Assembly (NCBI GenBank): GCA_001829185.1
Contig: MIAR01000045.1
Coordinates: forward strand, 33,440-97,439
Direction: 5' to 3'
From: Spirochaetes bacterium GWB1_60_80
GTDB lineage: Bacteria; Spirochaetota; Spirochaetia; Treponematales; UBA12059
DNA: 64,000 nt
The notes below the pieces were generated by a model, which saw nothing but the letters and a program-made list of their open reading frames with translations, had not been told where the DNA came from and did not search any database. Shown piece after piece: positions 47,505 through 56,153 of this stretch (positions within the stretch are counted from its first letter, which is position 1; the number at the start of each line of letters is the position of its first letter). The position numbers and the translations under genes were made by a program.

Positions 47505-48488
47505 TCACGATAGAACTCTCCGGTTGAGTATACTGACAAGGACTTTTTTGACGGTTTCCATTTCGGCGGGCTGGCTGACGGCTATAAACAAGGTAATGGA
47601 AGCCAGTGCGTCATTGCTGATGATGGCCTTGCCGGTTGCATCGAACAAAAGGCCGTTTTGTTCCAGAAAATACAGAAAGCAGGCGGCGGCGATGCGCTTG
47701 TTGCCGTCTATAAAAGAATGATTTTTGACGATCAGATACAGCAGCATGGCGGCTTTTTCTTCGAGGCTGGGATATAATTCCTTGCCGCCAAAGGCTTGGT
47801 AAATCTGGTTGACGGAGCTGTCAAAGCTGTCGTCCTTGGGCTGGCCGAACACATCGGAAGAAAACTCGGGGCGCATGGCTTCGATCAAGGTCTGGTATGA
47901 CTCTTTGCCGATGCGGATGGTAGCGCGAGCGGTTTTCCCTGTGCTGTCCAGTGTCTCGTGGTCGTAGTCATCCAGGAGGAGAAGTCCGCCAGAAAACCGT
48001 TCCAGCAGCTGGGCCAGGGATTTAGCGTCCTCCAGGCTTTTGGCCTGCTGCTCAATGGCCCGGTGAAGGATGGAAATACCAGCCTTCAAGTACTGTAGCT
48101 CCATGTTTCGTTCTGCCAGACGCCGCTGGTTGATGGCGTACCCGTCAACCAAGTAGTCTTTAAGGCGCTGGCTGGCCCACTGCCGGAACTGGGTGCCGCG
48201 TTTGGATTTTACCCGGTAGCCGACCGATATGATGACATCGAGATTGTAATATTTAGTTCGGTATTTCTTACCGTCAGAGGCAGTTGTCAAGGATTCCTTG
48301 ACAACTGATTCAGATTCCAATTCGCCTTCTTTAAAGCAGTTAGCTATGTGCAGGCTGATATTCTGCTTGGTCTGCTCAAAAAGCGACGCCATTTGTAGTT
48401 GTGTCAGCCAGACTGTATCCTGGGTAAACTGGACTTCGACTGTAACGCTGTTGTCCGGGGTTTTATAAATCTCAATTTGATTATCCAT
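47505..48488 (-). CDS. RhuM-family N-terminal domain fused to Fic/Doc domain
   Basis: The ATG at 48488 follows AGGAGA. The RhuM-like part reads VWLTQLQMASLFE...YYNLDVIISVGYRVKSKRGTQFRQWASQRLKDY. The Fic/Doc motif is HSFIDGNKRIAAA. Confidence 0.8.
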   Translation of the reverse strand: MDNQIEIYKTPDNSVTVEVQFTQDTVWLTQLQMASLFEQTKQNISLHIANCFKEGELESESVVKESLTTASDGKKYRTKYYNLDVIISVGYRVKSKRGTQFRQWASQRLKDYLVDGYAINQRRLAERNMELQYLKAGISILHRAIEQQAKSLEDAKSLAQLLERFSGGLLLLDDYDHETLDSTGKTARATIRIGKESYQTLIEAMRPEFSSDVFGQPKDDSFDSSVNQIYQAFGGKELYPSLEEKAAMLLYLIVKNHSFIDGNKRIAAACFLYFLEQNGLLFDATGKAIISNDALASITLFIAVSQPAEMETVKKVLVSILNRRVLS

Positions 48489-48608
48489 AGTATTTCTTCT
48501 CCTTTGACGTACGGTTTTTCTTGATTGGCCGGCCATGCGCTCGTTTCACCGGTAGCCATTGCATACCGGTGTTGTGGCCCCAGTCTTTGCGAATTGCATT
48601 GGGGCCTG

Positions 48609-48862
48609 TCACCAAGGGAATTTGGTTGGCTCTTTACGAAACTGCACCGCCCGTTCATTCTCGATCTTGCCCCCGCGGCAATGATTGACTGCAGATTGTC
48701 GTGGTCAATCCCGCGTTTAATTTCCCGGCTGCCCTCAGCTTGAACTATTAAGTATTTCTTAATAGTTGCCTCTCTTTCCTGCTCGTTGTCATCGTAAATA
48801 CGTTTCAGGTACTGATCGATGGCAGATACCTTGAATTCAAGTTCTAAGTGTTTCTTCCTTCC
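48609..48862 (-). pseudogene. remnant of a second RhuM-family gene (N-terminally truncated, frameshifted)
   Basis: The minus-strand translation ...ATIKKYLIVQAEGSREIKRGIDHDNLQSIIAAG is followed, in the +1 frame, by ENERAVQFRKEPTKFPW*. It parallels the RhuM core (YNLD.IIAVGYRV.S.RA.QFR). There is no start codon or RBS. Confidence 0.45.
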
Positions 48863-48919
48863 TCAATATGTCCTCGCGTCTCTCTTCCGCCGCAGCACAA
48901 GATGCGCGTAGGTGGGTCT

Positions 48920-51900
48920 TCATTCCTGTTTCTGCAAAATGCTGCTATAGATTTCCCTTGCAAGAATTGGAAAAATAGTTTTCTGGAAATTGCTGTCGTC
49001 CATGTATCGAGTAACGATTCCATCGTTGTCTGCCATTCTTTGCATCATGAGGGACTCTATAATGGCTTTGATTCCTAGTTCAAATTTATCCAGGGGATTT
49101 GCCAATGCGGTTTGAATGATTCGTTCATCCTTTGCAGCTTTTTCTTTGATCTGTTCAAAAAACAAACGATCTTCTTCTGAAAAGTCAGTTCCGAAACGGT
49201 CGTTCAAGGCCTGGATAATTTCTGACAGTGGCTTGTCTTCATCCTTCGATTTTCCGGTTCCAACGGCGGTAGGAGATTTGACGCCATACTGATCCCCGCC
49301 TTCCATAATGATTGAACCGGACATTACTTTTTCGAGCCGATAGTACTGGAGGACGACTTCCTTTTCTGGATGTGGATTTACTCCATCTTCGCCTAAGTCA
49401 AGGTGCGGTATCAGGTAGCGGCAATAACTATAAAGCATTTCAAGTTCTTGATCCGAATAAGGAATTATTTGACTGATGAAGGAATAGAAGCTGGTATAGG
49501 CAGTTATCTTTTCATAGAAGGATTCCTTCTGAACCTCATCGAGCGCCTTGAAACGATCTACGGCTGGCGCCACCATTTTTTCCATACGGGCATGGTCAGA
49601 GGGGTTCTGCTGGTATTGTGGAAGGTAGAAGACATGGCAAAAACCGACAACTTCCGACCACAAGTAGACTTGGAAGGCGTTGAGCTCATGTTTGAGCAAT
49701 TCCAGATGACTCGGGTCTGAGGGTTCATCAAGGGTTGTGACATTGTAGTAGGGCTTGAAGGCTTTATAAATGTCTTCCGATTCATTAACAAAATCCAGAA
49801 CAAAGGGCGGTTCTTTGCCGGCACTTGTCCTGTTCAATCTCGAAAGGGTCTGCACTGCCTGCACCCCGTCCAAGCGCTTGTCGACATACATGGCACACAA
49901 TAACGGCTGGTCAAAACCGGTTTGATATTTGTTGGCTACCAGCAAGACTTGATAATCCGAAGAATCGAATTTATCCGGTAATTGAGATTCGGAAATGGTC
50001 TTTCCGGTGACCACATCGCTGTTCATGGAAGGTTCGGTGTATTCTTTGTCGGTCTCCGGGTCTGTAACCGTACCGGAGAAAGCTACCAGGGGGCGGATAT
50101 CGGAATAATTATTTTCTTCAATGTAGCGCTGAAAGGCAAGCATGTACCGGACCGCATGCAAACGTGAGCCGGTTACGACCATTGCTTTTGCCCTTCCACC
50201 GAGCTTGTGCTTCACATGTTCGCGGAAATGCTCAACCATGATTTCGGTTTTTTGCTCGATGTTGTGTGGATGCAGAGCCATGAATTTGCCGAGTTTCTTC
50301 TGCGCCTTCTTCTTGGGCATGGCCGGATCATCTTCCACACTCTTGACCAGTTTGAAATAGGTTTTATAGGTGGTATACCGTTGCAGTACGTCGAGAATAA
50401 AGCCTTCTTCAATCGCTTGTTTCATGGAATAGGTATGAAACGCTTCCGGTTTGCCACTGGCACCCTTGCGGCCAAAGAGTTCCAGGGTCTTGCCCTTGGG
50501 TGTAGCGGTGAAGGCGAAAAAGCTCAAGTTCTTTTGCTTGCCGCGTGACTCCATGACCTTGTTCAAACCATCTTCCCAATCTAGCTCGCTTTCTTCGGTC
50601 CCCTGATCGGTGCCTGCACCCAAGATGCGCTTGAGCTCGCGGGCGGTTTCACCGGTCTGGCTGGAATGGGCTTCATCGACGATGACCGCATACCTTCGAG
50701 CGGCTATGGCCTCCTGCCACTCTTTGGCTTTGGCAATGGCAGCTTCGTCGGGGTTGTCTGGATTATCAGCTCCGGCGATATGCAAGAGTCCACGCAGAAT
50801 AAAGGGGAACTTTTGCAAGGTGGTAATAACGATTTTTGTGCCGTCAATCAGGGCTTCGGACAGTTGGCGGGAGTTTTCATCAATCGCCTTAACCACGCCC
50901 TGGGCATGTTCAATCTGGTAGATGGCGTCCTGTAATTGCTTATCCAGCACCCGGCGGTCGGTTATGACCACGACGCAATCAAAGATTTTGGCATCGGTGG
51001 CGGTATGCAAGCTGGACAAACGATGCGACAGCCAGGAGATGCTGTTTGTCTTGCCGCTTCCGGCAGAATGCTGAATCAAGTAATTGTTTCCGGCCTGTTC
51101 ATGCCGTGCAGTTCGTACCAGGTTTCGCACAGCATCAAGTTGGTGATAGCGTGGGAAAACCATGGTTTCTTTGGTGACTTTCTTACGGCCGCCGGCACCA
51201 TCGTCAACGATTTCCTCGCTGGTTTGAAGGAAGACAAAACTGCCGACGATATCCAGAAAACTTTCCCGTTCCAGCACGTCTTCCCAAAAGTAACCGGTGC
51301 GATGACCTGATGGATGCTGGGGGTTACCCTTGCCGCAATCAATCTCGCCGGGGGCACTGCCGCGGTTGAAGGGCAGGAAAAAGGTCTTCTCTTTGTTAAG
51401 GCGGGTAGCCATGAAGACCTCATCCGGGTCAACCGCAAAATGCACCACCGCGCCTTTGATAAATTGAAACAGCGGTGCGCGCGGGTCACGATCGCTTTTG
51501 TACTGGGCAACGGCATGTTTCCAAGTTTGTCCGGTGGCCGGGTTCTTGAGTTCCATGGTGGCGATTGGAATGCCGTTTAGGGACAGGACCATGTCGACGG
51601 TGCTGGAATCGGTGGGATGACAAGCCACCTGCCGGGTGGCGTGGATCTGATTTTGGGCGAAGAGCTCCAGGGTTTCTTTGACCAGTCCGTGAGCGGGTTT
51701 GAAGTAAGCCAGCTTGAAGGTTTTTCCGTAAAACTTGAAACCATGACGAACGATGTGCAGGGTTCCTTTGGCATCCCGTTCCTTTAGCAACGTTTCAAGG
51801 AGCTTTACCGCCAGTTCTGCGCCATGGAGCTTTTCCATCTGCGCCCAGAGGTCGCTTTGGGTAGCCTGAATAAAGGAAATAACCTGATTGGGAAACAAGG

Positions 51901-52003
51901 CGCGGGCTTTATCCCACTCCAGGTTAGAACCGGAGTTCCAGCCACCGCGTACAAGAGTTTCCTGGATATAAGCTTCAAAGGCCATTTCTATGGTTGCTTT
52001 CAT
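48920..52003 (-). CDS. hsdR: type I restriction enzyme R subunit
   Basis: The ATG at 52003 follows AGAGG. Contains helicase motif I (QHSAGSGKTNSISW), the DEAH box (VIVDEAHSSQTG) and an N-terminal nuclease region. Confidence 0.9.
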   Translation of the reverse strand: MKATIEMAFEAYIQETLVRGGWNSGSNLEWDKARALFPNQVISFIQATQSDLWAQMEKLHGAELAVKLLETLLKERDAKGTLHIVRHGFKFYGKTFKLAYFKPAHGLVKETLELFAQNQIHATRQVACHPTDSSTVDMVLSLNGIPIATMELKNPATGQTWKHAVAQYKSDRDPRAPLFQFIKGAVVHFAVDPDEVFMATRLNKEKTFFLPFNRGSAPGEIDCGKGNPQHPSGHRTGYFWEDVLERESFLDIVGSFVFLQTSEEIVDDGAGGRKKVTKETMVFPRYHQLDAVRNLVRTARHEQAGNNYLIQHSAGSGKTNSISWLSHRLSSLHTATDAKIFDCVVVITDRRVLDKQLQDAIYQIEHAQGVVKAIDENSRQLSEALIDGTKIVITTLQKFPFILRGLLHIAGADNPDNPDEAAIAKAKEWQEAIAARRYAVIVDEAHSSQTGETARELKRILGAGTDQGTEESELDWEDGLNKVMESRGKQKNLSFFAFTATPKGKTLELFGRKGASGKPEAFHTYSMKQAIEEGFILDVLQRYTTYKTYFKLVKSVEDDPAMPKKKAQKKLGKFMALHPHNIEQKTEIMVEHFREHVKHKLGGRAKAMVVTGSRLHAVRYMLAFQRYIEENNYSDIRPLVAFSGTVTDPETDKEYTEPSMNSDVVTGKTISESQLPDKFDSSDYQVLLVANKYQTGFDQPLLCAMYVDKRLDGVQAVQTLSRLNRTSAGKEPPFVLDFVNESEDIYKAFKPYYNVTTLDEPSDPSHLELLKHELNAFQVYLWSEVVGFCHVFYLPQYQQNPSDHARMEKMVAPAVDRFKALDEVQKESFYEKITAYTSFYSFISQIIPYSDQELEMLYSYCRYLIPHLDLGEDGVNPHPEKEVVLQYYRLEKVMSGSIIMEGGDQYGVKSPTAVGTGKSKDEDKPLSEIIQALNDRFGTDFSEEDRLFFEQIKEKAAKDERIIQTALANPLDKFELGIKAIIESLMMQRMADNDGIVTRYMDDSNFQKTIFPILAREIYSSILQKQE

Positions 52004-52015
52004 GGTGCCTCTTTT

Positions 52016-52066
52016 GTTCTCATAAGATCTCATAAGATCTCATAAGTTCTCATAAGTTCTCATAAA
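52016..52066. repeat. 10-bp tandem repeat, about 5 copies, in the 56-bp gap upstream of hsdR
   Basis: CATAAGATCT x2, CATAAGTTCT x2, then CATAAATCAA, preceded by a partial GTTCT. The stop codon of the upstream gene (52060-52062) lies inside the last copies. Confidence 0.85.
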
Positions 52067-53742
52067 TCAACGAGAATATATTTAGGTTTATTTGTTGTAC
52101 CAGCGTTACTTATTCTGTTCGAATTTCTCAACGACCCAAGTAGATTTCCAATTTTGTTGTCCTTTTGTTCATCCGTAAGGATTTCGGGCAACTTGCTCAG
52201 CAATAAGTGGTCAATGTCTCTACGGGTGGCTGATCCATATGTCTTCAGGAAATCAATAATCAGAAGGCGATAGTGATCATCATCGAAACCGCGATGTTTG
52301 ACATACTGGGCCTTCATTTGACCGTCTTGAGTACTAGCGGCGACATTGGATGATATAAAAAAATTGGGGCGTCGGCCTTCAATCAACCCCAATTGTCGCA
52401 AATGCTTGATGCTTTCTTCGCTGATACTTTGCTTTTTCTGGACCTTATCTAAAAGGATGATTTCATCCAACGTCAAGGATGGATTTCGAGCCAAGACCCG
52501 AGCGAATTCCAAATCCAGAACCTTGCCGATGATGGAGACTCGAACTTTTTCCGAATCCAGCTCATATTCCGGCAATGGGAAGAAGCGGTTTCTCTGGAAC
52601 CCAAACATCTTCTTTATACCACCGCCGGCGGTATCGACCATTTTGAGGTTGAACATGGCGTTAGCCAGGAACGGATTGCGATACGCTTCTTCCGGAGCGT
52701 CATCCATAACAACCTTTTCCACCGATCCGGGAATAAAGCTACCGTAATTGGAAAAGATCAGCTCTTCATCCTCGATTTCGATGACATTGATACGGCCACT
52801 TTTCTGGTAATCTTGATGGGCAATGCAATTATTGAGGGCTTCACGAATGACGTATGGTTCATATTTTAATACTTCTTCGGGAAACAGTGTGCCTTCTTTG
52901 AGGTACCGGTATTTGAGATTGCGGATTTTAGCGTGCACCTTGTCGACGGCCAATAACAGCGGGATGGGGAAAATTTCGTAGTCTTTGTCATTGTTTGCCA
53001 AATCCTTCAGAACCCAGCGAATTTTTGCTTCGGCTGGGCTGATGTAGTGCTCCGCTTCTTCACGCCCAAGGAGGATGATGGCGGTGCGCGTAATCTTCCC
53101 CTTGATAGAAATTTTTGCTTTATTCAGGAAGGTGCTACCATCCCAAGTTTTTCCTTCTTCTGCTTTGTCGGGGAATTTGGAAAAAAAGTTCTCGCGGGCT
53201 TTTTGGATGGCAGCAGGATCAAGGTCGTTAAAAGTGGCTCCCGGGACAATGGCTGCAGTCCAATCAAGCGACAGGCTCTGAGCGCGAATTCTCTCGATTT
53301 CTGACAGGTTGAGAGGGGCGAGTTCCTCGCCATCGCGACCATAATAATGGCCTTTGAAGGAAACCGGAATGCCGCGAGGCGCCGGGGGAATCTGAAACAT
53401 GACAATGCGGCCCTCGGGTTTCTGTAACTCGAAAATCTCGATGAAGGTTATCCGATTAATGGTCTGTTTTGCGATTTCTCCCTTGAGGCTGTCGAGGTTA
53501 GCCCGGTTTTTCCGGTAACTGCTGCTGACAATAGTCCGTCCCTTATCTTTGATGCCAAAGACCAGCCAGGCAAAGGGGCAGTTTTTCAGGTTGGCTTCAT
53601 TTGATAAGGCTGAAAAGTAGGCGCCAATTTTATCAAACGCATAGTCATTCTTGGCTTCTTTAAATTCGAATAGCTCATTTTCGGCTGGCGCATTTCGCAA
53701 TTGCTGCAGAATCGATTCCAGCTGGGTGACATCAAAAGTCAT
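52060..53742 (-). CDS. AlbA_2 (Schlafen-like) DNA-binding domain protein with ATPase-like and wHTH regions (often mis-named RecG-like)
   Basis: The N-terminus ENELFEFKEAKNDYAFDKIGAYFSALSNEANLKNCPFAWLVFGIKDKG matches the AlbA_2 pattern. 560 aa, embedded between hsdS and hsdR. Confidence 0.75.
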   Translation of the reverse strand: MTFDVTQLESILQQLRNAPAENELFEFKEAKNDYAFDKIGAYFSALSNEANLKNCPFAWLVFGIKDKGRTIVSSSYRKNRANLDSLKGEIAKQTINRITFIEIFELQKPEGRIVMFQIPPAPRGIPVSFKGHYYGRDGEELAPLNLSEIERIRAQSLSLDWTAAIVPGATFNDLDPAAIQKARENFFSKFPDKAEEGKTWDGSTFLNKAKISIKGKITRTAIILLGREEAEHYISPAEAKIRWVLKDLANNDKDYEIFPIPLLLAVDKVHAKIRNLKYRYLKEGTLFPEEVLKYEPYVIREALNNCIAHQDYQKSGRINVIEIEDEELIFSNYGSFIPGSVEKVVMDDAPEEAYRNPFLANAMFNLKMVDTAGGGIKKMFGFQRNRFFPLPEYELDSEKVRVSIIGKVLDLEFARVLARNPSLTLDEIILLDKVQKKQSISEESIKHLRQLGLIEGRRPNFFISSNVAASTQDGQMKAQYVKHRGFDDDHYRLLIIDFLKTYGSATRRDIDHLLLSKLPEILTDEQKDNKIGNLLGSLRNSNRISNAGTTNKPKYILVDL

Positions 53743-55022
53743 ACCACCTCCCGCACATCTATCTTGCCAGTAACCGCCGAACTGATCAATGCCGTGCGGT
53801 ACTCCTTGAGCCGTTCGATAATGGTCGTCACCTTGGCCGAAAGCGCATCGATCTTGGCCGTTTCACGGTCGAGAAAAGCGGCGATGGCCTGCTGTTCGGG
53901 GAGAGGGGGGAGAGCAAAAGGGAAACTTGCAATCATTGGTCTTCTCAAGGAATCAACTGTTGATTTTGCACCGCCTTCAAGTGCTACTCTCCAGAAATTC
54001 TCTTTCAGGAAAAGGAAGAAGAACCTTCCAGTAACCTTCTTGAAATTACTAAATAAATAAACCCGTTGGTGGAAATCAAATTTCCCATCATAATAATGAA
54101 AAACTTTACCGACACCAACACCATCACCCGCAGTTAATACAGCCTCGCAGTTTTTTGTGAAGGAATTAATTTTCTCAACCGTTTGGGATCTTACGAAAAA
54201 TGGGTAATCTCCGTCATCTTCTGCATCAACTGTATCTTTATCCCCGGTTTCTATTCTGCAAATATAGCGTAGCGCCTTAATTTCCCAATGCTCCGGCACA
54301 TCCCCCAGCCACTCCACGCCGGAGGGTTTCAGCTTGCCCGATGTCTCCAGCCCCTTGGTGACCGCACGGGAAATCAGAGCTATACGCTGTTCGGCCAGCA
54401 GTTCCAGAAGCTTGATTTTTTTGGCGATGAGAGCGTCAATACGCCCGGTCTCACGGTCGAGAAAAGCAGCGATGGCTTGCTGTTCGGGGAGAGGGGGGAG
54501 AAGAATCAGAAAATCTTTTAAGTGACTTTGTCCCAATTTGACCATAGAACCATTCGCCCCCCTGGCAGATGACTCTATCTGGACTCTTCCCTCGCGTGTT
54601 AGTAAGAAATAGACAAGATAGAAACCATCAACTCTAGTGTTCTTAATTTTTAATCGATATATTAAGTCGGCAATAATCAAGTTCCGATAGGTTTCATTTA
54701 GGCAACATGAATCACCAACGAGTTCTGGTGTATTTGCTCTCGTAATCAATATGTCACCTTTTTCTGGAAATATTACGCCTTGGTCGAAAGGTATTTCTTC
54801 AATCATCTTATTTTCATGTGGCAAAAACTGCCCATGATTCACTGCACTAAGCTTAAGAACTCCCAATTCTCCTTCGTTTGCAGGTGTTGAATTAGCTTGT
54901 GGACTCCATCCTTGCTCAATAGAGTCAACTAGGAATCGCAATCTCTTTTCTTCCCAATGCTCCGGCACATCCCCCAGCCACTCCGCGCCGGAGTGTTTGT
55001 ATTTTGGATAGGGTTTATTCAT
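53739..55022 (-). CDS. hsdS: type I restriction enzyme specificity subunit (two TRDs)
   Basis: The ATG at 55022 follows GGAGG. The conserved regions are duplicated: LPPLPEQQAIAAFLDRET twice and GVEWLGDVPEHWE twice, the latter encoded by about 48-bp DNA repeats near 54282 and 54950. Confidence 0.9.
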   Translation of the reverse strand: MNKPYPKYKHSGAEWLGDVPEHWEEKRLRFLVDSIEQGWSPQANSTPANEGELGVLKLSAVNHGQFLPHENKMIEEIPFDQGVIFPEKGDILITRANTPELVGDSCCLNETYRNLIIADLIYRLKIKNTRVDGFYLVYFLLTREGRVQIESSARGANGSMVKLGQSHLKDFLILLPPLPEQQAIAAFLDRETGRIDALIAKKIKLLELLAEQRIALISRAVTKGLETSGKLKPSGVEWLGDVPEHWEIKALRYICRIETGDKDTVDAEDDGDYPFFVRSQTVEKINSFTKNCEAVLTAGDGVGVGKVFHYYDGKFDFHQRVYLFSNFKKVTGRFFFLFLKENFWRVALEGGAKSTVDSLRRPMIASFPFALPPLPEQQAIAAFLDRETAKIDALSAKVTTIIERLKEYRTALISSAVTGKIDVREVV

Positions 55023-55992
55023 CGCCCGCCTCCGTATCAATTCCAAAACGCGCGCGGTCATCTTCAATCAAGCGGATCAAGTCCTCTTCTTTGGGCAAAT
55101 AGAGCAAGTACTTGCTAGTAAACAAGTTCTTATTTTCGGATAAAACGGAATACTTGACCACGGTCTCATCCTTCTCGGTACAAAGAATCAGACCGATGGT
55201 CGGATTGTCATCGAATCCCTTTTTAAGATCTTCATACATCCGCACATACATATCCATTTGCCCAATATCCTGATGAGTCAATTTGTTGGTTTTCAGATCA
55301 ATGAGTACAAAGCACTTGAGATGATAGTTGTAAAAGACCAAGTCGATAAAAAAGTCGGAAGTATCGGTTACGATATGCTGTTGCCTGGCGACAAAAGCAA
55401 ATCCCTTGCCCAACTCCAATAAAAAACTTTGCAAATGATCGATCAAGGCGGTTTCGATGACTCGTTCATGATGTTTTCCCGATTGCTGCAATCCTAGAAA
55501 TTCAAAAATGTAAGGGTCTTTCAAGGATGTTGCGACTCCCTTGGTACCGGAAGACTCAACCGGCAAGCGGCGCTCAAAATACAAGGTGCTGATATTGCGA
55601 TCCAGGGTACGACTATTCCATCCTGCCTCGATGCTCTGGGTCAGGTAAAACTCTCTCTTGTTTTTTTCTTCTATTCTTGACAGGAGACGATAATGTGTCC
55701 AGCTCAATTCGGTACGCACTGCGTTCCAAATTGGAAAAGCTCGGTAAAAAGCCCTCATGTTGTTTAGATTGCGTTCATCAAACCCAGCTCCAAATTCTAC
55801 GGTCAAATCGCGAGCCAGTTCTTTTAAAAGGCCCTTGCCATAGAGAGCCCGTTTATCACCTTGACGCTCATCCTCGGTAATCAACTGGCCGATCTGCCAA
55901 TATGTTTCCAATAGGACTACGTTAACAGTTGTTGTCGCACGTTTTCGGGCTTGGTTAATGATCAAGGCTATGGCAGAAAAAAGCGGATTCAT
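55015..55992 (-). CDS. DUF1016 / YhcG-family PD-(D/E)xK nuclease
   Basis: The ATG at 55992 follows GGAGGGA, giving MNPLFSAIALIINQARKRA...YWQIGQLI... The nuclease core reads FFIDLVFYNYHLKCFVLIDLKTNKL. The upstream 150 codons of track ORF 55015..56442 overlap hsdM out of frame and are rejected. Confidence 0.8.
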   Translation of the reverse strand: MNPLFSAIALIINQARKRATTTVNVVLLETYWQIGQLITEDERQGDKRALYGKGLLKELARDLTVEFGAGFDERNLNNMRAFYRAFPIWNAVRTELSWTHYRLLSRIEEKNKREFYLTQSIEAGWNSRTLDRNISTLYFERRLPVESSGTKGVATSLKDPYIFEFLGLQQSGKHHERVIETALIDHLQSFLLELGKGFAFVARQQHIVTDTSDFFIDLVFYNYHLKCFVLIDLKTNKLTHQDIGQMDMYVRMYEDLKKGFDDNPTIGLILCTEKDETVVKYSVLSENKNLFTSKYLLYLPKEEDLIRLIEDDRARFGIDTEAGDE

Positions 55993-56153
55993 AACTTCCC
56001 TCCGCGTTTCCCGCGTCTCCGCGTGAAACTCTTGGTTTGGCCATCGGCAGCTTCCAGTTTCAGTTGGTGACAATTTGTCACCGACTCGCTGCCCTCTTTC
56101 TTCAATCGTTCTTTCAGCTTGTTCCAGTTTTTGCGGGCTGCTTCTTGGCTCAT
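55989..56153 (-). CDS. 54-aa basic ORF, translationally coupled to both neighbours
   Basis: Not in the ORF track. I translated it by hand as MSQEAARKNWNKLKERLKKEGSESVTNCHQLKLEAADGQTKSFTRRRGKRGGKL. Its ATG overlaps the hsdM stop (ATGA, 56153-56150) and its TGA overlaps the DUF1016 ATG (ATGA, 55992-55989). Confidence 0.4.
   Translation of the reverse strand: MSQEAARKNWNKLKERLKKEGSESVTNCHQLKLEAADGQTKSFTRRRGKRGGKL

Noticed and set aside
52016-52066. Decamer repeat as CRISPR or as a coding repeat
   Set aside because: The unit is far too short and has no spacers. It is intergenic apart from the last codons of the upstream gene. It is kept as a tandem-repeat finding instead.
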